Source of the DNA: Octopus bimaculoides
Taxonomy: Eukaryota
Assembly: GCF_001194135.2 (NCBI RefSeq)
Contig: NC_068983.1
Coordinates: forward strand, 142,840,264-142,904,263
DNA: 64,000 nucleotides
Direction of reading: 5' to 3'
Shown: in pieces, positions 55,464 to 64,000 of the stretch
How the letters are laid out: every line of letters starts with the position of its first letter
How positions within the stretch are numbered: position 1 is the stretch's first letter
Translations under genes and position numbers: made by a program
The notes under the pieces: model-generated
Told to the model about the DNA's origin: nothing
Seen by the model: the letters and a program-made list of their open reading frames with translations, nothing else
Database searches by the model: none

Positions 55464-55594
55464 ATTCTATTGTCTGTGTGGAAATAACACTATAAAAACG
55501 AATCCAACTTCTGATAAACACTGTTCTCTGCGCTGTGCTGGAAATTTGAAACAACATTGTGGTGGTTTTCATCACATTCAGGTTTACAGAACAA
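55464..55594 (+). CDS. WSC domain 2, C-terminal half: FYCLCGNNTIKTNPTSDKHCSLRCAGNLKQHCGGFHHIQVYRT
   Basis: Acceptor ctctactttttag|, donor A|GTAAGG, 131 nt, phase 2-1 (same as 39858-39988). Contains CxCGN...CxxxCxG...CGG...VY. Confidence 0.93.
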
Positions 55595-57766
55595 GTAAGG
55601 TATTTTTCTATTTGATTCTGAAGTGTCCCTATCATAATATACGCACACATGCATATACACACATATATACATACACACACACAGAGCCAGAGAATCAAAT
55701 ATAAAAAGAAAGATGAGACTTGGTACAAATTCTTTAGTTTTATATTCTAAAAAAGTCTTTATAATTAAAAATAATAATACAATAACATAAAATAATTCTA
55801 TACTAAAATTTAATGTAAAGAATGCTTCAAAAATATATTCTGTGTTGAGAGTTGGATATTTTCTTTAGGAATGATTTGTACTATATTGTCATATCCTTCT
55901 TTGTTATTTTAATATCCACATTCTCAAAACCTCAGTGTTTTTGTCTTTTCCTTATTACCTTTCCTTTGGTCTGTTTACCCCACCTTCCCACAATCTGCCA
56001 CATTTTCTTTTATTCCCTGCTATGTAAAAGAAAGGTTTTCAGTATTTTGAGGATCCTCCCAGTTTTCAAAGTATGTTAAGAGGAATGTCAGTGTATCACA
56101 GCATTTGTCTATAGGAGGATTTAAGTTCTGCTCTAGCTAATGATATATTTGCCAGTTAAATAACATGTTGATTGCTTACAGTGTACTTTTGATTGGTAGA
56201 TAGTTGTTGCTTGTTGGATTGATTCATTGAGTTCCTCTTGTCTTTGCAATGGATTCAGTGCAGCTCTTTTCATATCTTTTGAGTTATTAACCTGTCGTTT
56301 AGCACTTGTTAATGCCATTCATCATTAGATGTAGTGCTTGATGCTAATGTAAAAGAAATAAGATGTGATTTGATAGACTGGATATTTTAAATATCATTGG
56401 ACATCAAGTTGATGCTGAAGTCAGAATATTAGAATTGATACCTACTGGGTATTAGGTTCAGGATCTATCATTCTATATTTCAGATTCTGTGCATAACAGA
56501 TTAGTTTTCTGTCTTTTTGAAGTTGAGTAAATAAGGAAATGGAAGGAGCAATTTAACATTGGATATTGAACTGAATGGCACTTGGAATTACAGTTTAGTA
56601 ACCAATTGTAGTTTATAAAATTTTTTGTTTGTTTAAATAAGAAACACATCAAAATGACACATCTTCCATTTTTGAAGGTTGGCAGCAGGAAGTTCATTAA
56701 ACTGTAAAAAAACCTATTCCATTCATAAAACCTTATTAATTCATACATTTTAGAGATTAATGGAGAAACTTATGAAGTAAACAATTTTCTGGATATAGCT
56801 CAAATACGGACAAGGTTCAAGTAAGACCTACACAGAAATTATTGAACACATGTACAGAATGGTGCTGATGACACACACTTATTGCACCCTAAGCCAGTTC
56901 AAAAGAAAATAAAACTGATTGACAATGATTGACTAACAGCCATGCATTACCACTCTTTATCTCTTCCTTCATTTTTCCAATAAGCTCTGCTTTTCTGAAT
57001 TAATAGTATACTCTCTCAAAGTAGGCCCACTTGACTCACGTGTCTCTACTATCATTCTCATTGTGTTCTTATTTAGCAGATATCAAACTAAGAACTTCAT
57101 AGAATCCTTCCTATTCAGAATAGATGTCAGCCTCTAGAATTTCGTCCATGTCCATACTTTCATTACCAGCATTAATCTGAAAATGTTCAAGGTGAACATC
57201 AATTGTATCAAACTCATCAATCTGAGAAGCAATTTAAACTATGAAGAAAAAATTGTCACATCATGCTCAACAATGCCAATCACTTTTTGATAGTGTATAA
57301 TGTTGTCACAGACTGCTGACACATTAAATCTCCAGTGTGTTGGATATGAGATTTGTTCCTTTGCATTTAACTGAGAAATTTGATATGCGCTACTTGATAA
57401 TGACAAAAATTTGCTTCCTTTGAAAATTGTATTGATAAAAACATACACATAACATTTTTCATTTCACTACAAATCCAACTAAATGTAATTGTTTATTTTC
57501 ACTGGCTCAAAACATTATTTTTTAAACTCAAGATAATCCACACTTATAGTTTTTTTGAGTGAATAGTATTCTGATGTCACACTTCAGTTAGCAAACTGAG
57601 CAGTTGCTTCACATTATGAAATCGTCACAGAACAAATCATTTACATCCATTTATTTTATATTAACAATGTCTTTTAAAGCAAAACTGTTGCCATATGTAG
57701 AGGAATTAAAATACTTAAAAATGTTAAATGTGAAGATATTAAAACAAATGTATTAATTTATTACAG

Positions 57767-57808
57767 AAATTGAAAAACCAACAAGGATTCCAGTTTGGGA
57801 TAGAAATA
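57767..57808 (+). CDS. Post-WSC2 linker exon (K)IEKPTRIPVWDRN
   Basis: Acceptor ttaatttattacag|, donor A|GTATGT, 42 nt, phase 1-1, open and in frame with 55594. It could instead be the start of a terminal exon reading through to TGA near 57900. Confidence 0.6.
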
Positions 57809-60800
57809 GTATGTATCAGCAAAATATTTTCTACTGGGAAAAAGTTTACTCACTCAATTATTATTTACTTTCATGTTTTGTTTGTTATGAAATTTTATGA
57901 TTATTGTTATGAAACAAGAGTTTTGATTATTGATTAAAGACAGTTTAATTGATTTGCACTACTAATACTCTTGGGAAAGACATGAATATTACTGTTTCTA
58001 CTTTCCATTTTACATAAAGTTTTGTGTCTAAAAAAGAATAAGTATTATTCTTTTTAAACAAAACTGAATTCAATTAAAACAATAAAGTATTAAATTATAG
58101 AGAAAAACACCTTGTTTTAAATTACTGAGCTAGATTTTAAACTGTGTGTTGATAGCCAGCTGGAAAAGATGTTTCCTGGGGCTAAAACAACAGCAACATC
58201 GTCCTTTATAGGACTGCCACATTCTGTTGGCATATAAACTTTAGTATTAAATTAACTTTTCAAATATAAGTGTGTTCACTATCGAGCCTTTTAGGAACTT
58301 ATTTTTATTCTTTCAATATTAAATATTAAAAGAAAGGATTTATCACCATCATTTTTTATCATTTTTATGTTAACTTTTTTCAATAATGAAAATAATTATT
58401 TCTCTTAACTTTAAGCTCATATAGTTTTGAGTTAGTTTACATGAAAGTTGTTTTCCAGTCATATTTAATTTGTTTTCTTGGCAAGAAGAAGAAATAAAAA
58501 TTATTATTCAAAACTTGTATTCAGATAAGTAAAATGGATAAATAATAAATTAACTTCTCTGCAGTGAAATGAATTATATTAACTCTTTGCATGGCTCATT
58601 GGAAGCCTTAGATGTTTTGTGTAGGAAGAAAAACAAGAAGTGGGGAAGTTCTTTCTACTAAGAGAAAAATAAGTGTTACCTCTTCCCTCACTTGCAAAAA
58701 TGTACATAAAAGCCTATATTAACTCTCAAGACATTAATTTTGAAAGTGTGTTAGTTTTGTGTGTGTGTGTGTGTATAAATGCACACACACACACACACAC
58801 ACGCGCGCGCACGCACAACCTCATGTTGTTGAGCCTCACAGAAGTGATGACAAAGGACCAGAATGGTTGGTGATTTGCTGTGCTCAAGAAGGCTTGGCCA
58901 TCTCAGCAAAACATTAGGACCTAAAAGCAGATCATTTAAAATCTAAGCTTCTCCCCCCTTCCCCACATGTAATATGCCCCAGTGAGTCCTTCCCCCCAAC
59001 TCATCTTCCTACTACCTACCTCTCCATCACTCATCTAACTATAGTGCTATTTACTCAGCTGCTGTAATTATATGAGAGCAGAACTGCACATTTTTCGTCC
59101 TCTTATGCTACTAGTTATCGTTCTTGGAACCACCTTCTTTTGTCACTTGTCCTCTATTCCCAATACCATCCCTTAATGCCCCATTCCCTTGCCATTGATG
59201 GCCATCTCCCACTTTTGTCACTCACCATATCTACCCTTACATACCTCTGACTCTGTTCTTCTTTTTCTCACTCACCTATTCTTCACATAATCTCTCTGTT
59301 TCTTATTTATCTATGGTTTTACTATACTGTTGCTCTCTACTTACCTCCTTTATATACTGACTCCATTACCTTTTCTGACCCACTTCTATTTTCCTTTGTC
59401 TTATCTCTAAACTAAGATTTAAATTGACCATGCTTCCACCCATGTTCACTATTCTCTGCAATCACGTTTATCCCCATCTCTAACCATCTGTCACTCCCCT
59501 TTTACATTCTTGCAAATGTATTTATCTACCTTTTGTTGATCCTCTGTCCCTGTTCCCTTTTATATCCACCTGTCCCTATTCTCTTTCATATCTACTTTCT
59601 TGTACCTTTAGGGTACACCCTGACACTTCACTACTACGATCCTTTCTTCCTTTCCGGCTAGGATAGCCATATATCTCCTCTACATTAAGACACCTGTTTA
59701 TGTCCCATTATCATACTTTAGTCTCTCAAAACCTAGCACAAAGCCACCTCCATCAATTCTGTACTCCAACTCAGTTGAGGTATCTTGTCTTGCAAATGAC
59801 CTGGTGACTTTACTAGTGCTGTGTTGTGAAAAAGCACCTAGTATACTCTATAAAGTGGTTGGCATTATGAAGGGTATCCAGCAATACAAACCATGCCAAA
59901 GCAGATATTGGAGCTCAATGCTGTCCTCTGGCTCATCGGAGCCTGCTGAACCATCCAGTCCATGCCAGTATGGAAGACAGATGTTTATTGATGATCATAA
60001 TAATGATTATATATTAGAGAGAGAAAGAGAGAACAATGTAAGGAATTCTCTTCCATATTTTTCCTTTAGTTTTGTTGTTTAAGATCTAATTCTGTACACA
60101 AAACTACTTGGGTGAATACATTTCTAACAAAGAAATGACCACAAATTTTTGGAGGAGCATTGGTCAATTAGATCAAGTCTGGTAATCTGTTTTATTAAAT
60201 CTTGAATCTATTTTATTGACTTCATTAAGATTTGAACTCAGAACATAAAACATTTACTAAATATTGTAAAGCATTTTTGTCTACTGCCCTACTTACTGAT
60301 TCTGCCAATCTACAACCCTTGGTTAAATAAATATTATCATATATCTTTGTACCAAATTTTTTGACCATATATTCATTAATTTATTTTTTTATATTTTAGA
60401 TATACAAGCATGGTGGGACATCTAATATTGCTATTGTTTATTATTATTTTGTTTTTTAATTGAAATTCATTTGTTTTTATCTTTTGATATAGAGCATGGA
60501 ACTGCAACCATGCATTTTTTTGATGAAAATAAATTAATAATAGTTTCCTTTCATTCAACTATTCTATCATCATAAAAGAAATGATAATCAATATCTGAGT
60601 ACTAAAAATATTTCTCTGACCCTTTCTCCTTTTCTCATTTTACCCCTCTTCTTCAACTTCAGTTGGTGCTATCACTAATATTAATTCTATTAAAAGGCAT
60701 ACTTTTACTCTGTTGCTTCCCTTCCACATTATCAACCATCCAAACATATAGATCAAAAGACGGTTGCTATCCAATTGTTTTTGTTTGTTTAAAAAGTTAA

Positions 60801-61589
60801 CTGTTATTTGATCATTGAAAAAGCTTATAAACTTCAAATAGTCCATGAATGAATATCTTATCCCATACATAGAAAAGACATACTAAGGTAATAAATAACT
60901 TAGCATTTACTATTTTATTTTTTTATTTTTCCATAGTTTCATGCAGTATATTGTATCAACTTTAATACTTTTTATTCATGAATTCTATTAAATAAATTAT
61001 TGTTCTTGAGTAATAGTTCCTTGAAGATGGTAAAAAAAACTTCTAGTGATAGAAGTTGGAGTAAGATTTGTCTTATAAAATAGGAATTCTTTCAAGTATC
61101 TGTGCCAGTATTTTTGTGACTTAAATTTTTTTCAAACTAAACTTAGATTCTTCAAACCTGATTAATTTTCTTTTATGAAACTCATCTTATATTGTATTTT
61201 ACTTCTTTTGATCAATTATTCCTTATTTGGGCTTTATGAAATATTTGTCCTAAAAGTTGTTGCAAGTATGTACAAATAATTTTTTTGGGGTCTTTATAAC
61301 ACTGTTTCATTTTTAATAAATCTGGAATTTAAATAATTTTTGTATAGCCATTTAATGTCCACAAAATATGAAATTTTTATTCTTTTACTTATTTCAGTCA
61401 TTTGACTGTGGCCATGTTGGAGCACCATCTTTAGTCAAACAAATTGCCCCTTTATTCTTTGTAAGCCTAGTACTTATTGTATTGGTCTCTTTTGCCAAAC
61501 TGCTAAGTTACAGGGACATAGACACATCAACATCAGTTGTCAGGCGATGGTTGGGAGACAAACACAAACACACAAATATATACATACAT

Positions 61590-61682
<93 letters not shown>

Positions 61683-61879
61683 CACACACAATGGGCTTCT
61701 TTCGGTTTCTGTCTACCAAATAATGGTGCTGCATAAAGGTATCAAATTTGCCAACCAGTTCTGTGATATTTGCTCACATTCTAGGTCAATACAGTAATCC
61801 TCTTGTTTTATTTAGGCATAATAAGTAATCTGAATGTGATTGTGTGTATAGTGTGTATTTGTAGTTTTACTGCCCATGG

Positions 61880-62700
61880 AACATTAATTTTGAGACCTTT
61901 GGATAGTATACGCTGGACATGTTAACCCATCTTTTCTGTACCAGAAACTCCCTGTAGCATCTAGTTATAGATAGTGTTTTTCATGTTAGCCTAGTTCTAG
62001 AACTTGTGCTAATTCAATCAGTTGACTATCATTAGCAGTCTCAGTTTCTAGTTCAGCAACTTTTACATCACTTAGAAGAAGTGCTGGCAACAAATCAATT
62101 TCATAGATCAGATAACCTGTCCCATGAGTAAGAAACTGGTTTTACGTTGTACAACTAAGTATATCACCAATTTTCATTTTTTTTTCTCCTTTACATATTT
62201 TAAAGTGCAATTATAATATCTCCTAAGAATGACAAAGTATACATCATTTTCTGCAACCTCAGAAACCTTGTAAATGGGTTTATTCAGGATGTTCCAATGA
62301 TCTATGATCTGTCTCCTCTAAGAATGACATACTATACACATACATGTGAAAGTGCTCAGCATCAAAAATTACCACTGTTTAATTGTTTTTTTATTTTTTT
62401 ATATATAACTTCATATTTACTCAGTCTGAATAAATGACACATGCATATGTAATTGGATGGCCTGCTTGTAGAACAGCATCAGTTGTGGGTTTGTTGCATC
62501 CACTGATATTGGCATAGATTTTGTTATATCAGGCCAATATTGTGGATGTACTAACTGCAATCCTGTCATAAGTGCACTACTAAGTGGCAATGGGACATGG
62601 CCCACATGTGTCAGTTTAATGATTTGACAGACATAGTTTTGTAGTTTTGGACACACTAGTCTTTCATCTAGACAACATTTCTTTAATATGCAAATTCAAG
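61880..62700 (-). mobile_element. Degenerate Gypsy LTR-retrotransposon pol fragment
   Basis: Minus-strand translations KLTHVGHV, YWPDITKSMPISVDA (YxDPxKPxxxSVDAS-like) and ETANDSQLIELAQVLELG* (ETxxDxxLxxLxxxIxxGW-like). Confidence 0.65.
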
Positions 62701-62959
62701 GAAACGGATAAACTATACCCACTGTATATACAAGGAGTTGAGAAAGTGAACAGGAACCCATGCTGTTGAATATGTTAGTATTCTCATATGTTCGAAAAAA
62801 GAAAAAACAAGCTAGTCTTCACATGTCCTCAGCATTCAGGGCCCCATGTCACACTACCGTGTAGCATTACTGTTAATCTGCAAGCATCTTACCTCTGCCT
62901 TTCTCTGTGAGAGAGAAACCTCTGACAGCAAAAGGGCTAACATCTCTCTGTGGTTTCTC

Positions 62960-64000
62960 TAGCCTGTTCTTATTTTAGAAATCATACTTTCAGGAAAACC
63001 TCCACCCTGCTTGATCTGTAGAAAAGGCATAGGTAGAAACCCTATAAGATGTACCCAGTGTAAGCTATGGACACATAAGAGGTGCAGCAATATCAAAAAA
63101 AGGCTAACTGGGAAGATAGTTTTTGTGTGTGGCAGATGCTCAGGAGCAATAAACACTGCAAATGTGCAGAGAACAACTTCTGTCACATTCCAGAGAGAAA
63201 AAACTAGAAGTAGTCGATAGCTTCTGTTACCTAGGTGACCAAGTCAGTAGCAGGGGTGGGTGCACTGAAAGTGTAGCTGCTAGAATAAGAATAGCCTGGG
63301 AAAAGTTTAGAGAGCGCTTACCTCTGCTGGTGACAAAGGGCTTCTTGCTCAGAGTAAAAGGTAGACTGTATGGCACATGTGTACGAACAGCCATGCTACA
63401 TGGTAGTGAAACATGAGCCATGACTGCTGAGGACAAGCGTAAGCTTGCATGGAATGAAGCCAGTATGCTCCGCTGGATGTGTAATGTCAGTGTGCATACT
63501 CGATAGAGTGTAAGTACCTTGAGAGAAAAGTTGGACCTAAGAAGCATCAGATGTGGTGTGCAAGAGAGATGACTACGCTGGTATAGTCATGTGGTGAGAA
63601 TGGATGAGAATAGCTGTGTAAAAAAGTACCACACCCTAGCAGTTGAGGGAACCTGTGGAAGAGGTAGACCAGGAAGACCTGGGATGAGGTGGTGAAGCAC
63701 GACCTTCAAACATTTGGCCTCAGCGAGGCAATGACTTGTGACTGAGACCTTTGGAAATATGCTGTGCTTGAGAAGACCTGGCAAGCCAAGTGAGACCATA
63801 ACCTGTGGCCAATGCCAGGAGTGTAACCAGCCCACTTATGCATACTTTCCTTCATTGGACAATAAACTCTGCTTGCAAAGACCTGTTGAGGCAAGTGAAA
63901 TCAAAATCAAATTCGATGACTGGCCTCCATGCTAGTGGAGAGCTAAGAGCACCATCCGAGCGTGATCATTGCCAGAGCAGCTGACTGGCTACCTTGCCAG
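62960..64000 (+). mobile_element. RTE-clade LINE, 3' part and 3' UTR (runs off the window)
   Basis: LEVVDSFCYLGD...ARIRIAWEKFRE...MLHGSET. The UTR matches 22040-22585. Confidence 0.9.

Noticed and set aside
60663-60752. Phase-1 candidate terminal exon IGAITNINSIKRHTFTLLLPF...* after a long pyrimidine tract
   Set aside because: The opposite strand resembles a decayed RTE C-terminus, which would explain the pyrimidine tract. Insufficient support.
62053-62128. Phase 1-2 candidate exon QQLLHHLEEVLATNQF... with a GTAAGA donor
   Set aside because: It is the antisense strand of the Gypsy pol remnant and has no WSC motif.

Overview
AT-rich animal genomic DNA with 8 assembly gaps. The repeat landscape looks like an Octopus (cephalopod) genome: tRNA-derived SINEs, RTE LINEs ending in (GAT)n/(CAT)n, CR1, Tx1/L1, mariner and Gypsy remnants. 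That assignment is recognition only, not a database hit. Almost every ORF in the supplied track is noise, gap-spanning or transposon-derived. The real host gene is absent from the track because its exons are short (31-139 nt). It is a + strand gene spanning about 14.6 kb to beyond 57.8 kb, encoding a probable signal peptide, a 40-aa Cys-containing segment and two complete 8-Cys WSC domains. Each WSC domain is split over a 139-nt (phase 1-2) and a 131-nt (phase 2-1) exon, with short phase 1-1 linker exons after each. The four WSC exons are well supported. The N-terminal exons are a best-fit model, and the C-terminus is unresolved or lies beyond the window. Other notable items: a GG...CC, 8-bp-TSD (Merlin-like) non-autonomous transposon family carrying internal telomeric TTAGGG arrays, a solo LTR nested in one copy, a TIR element with a tRNA-like core, and a ~310-bp-arm hairpin in intron 1.
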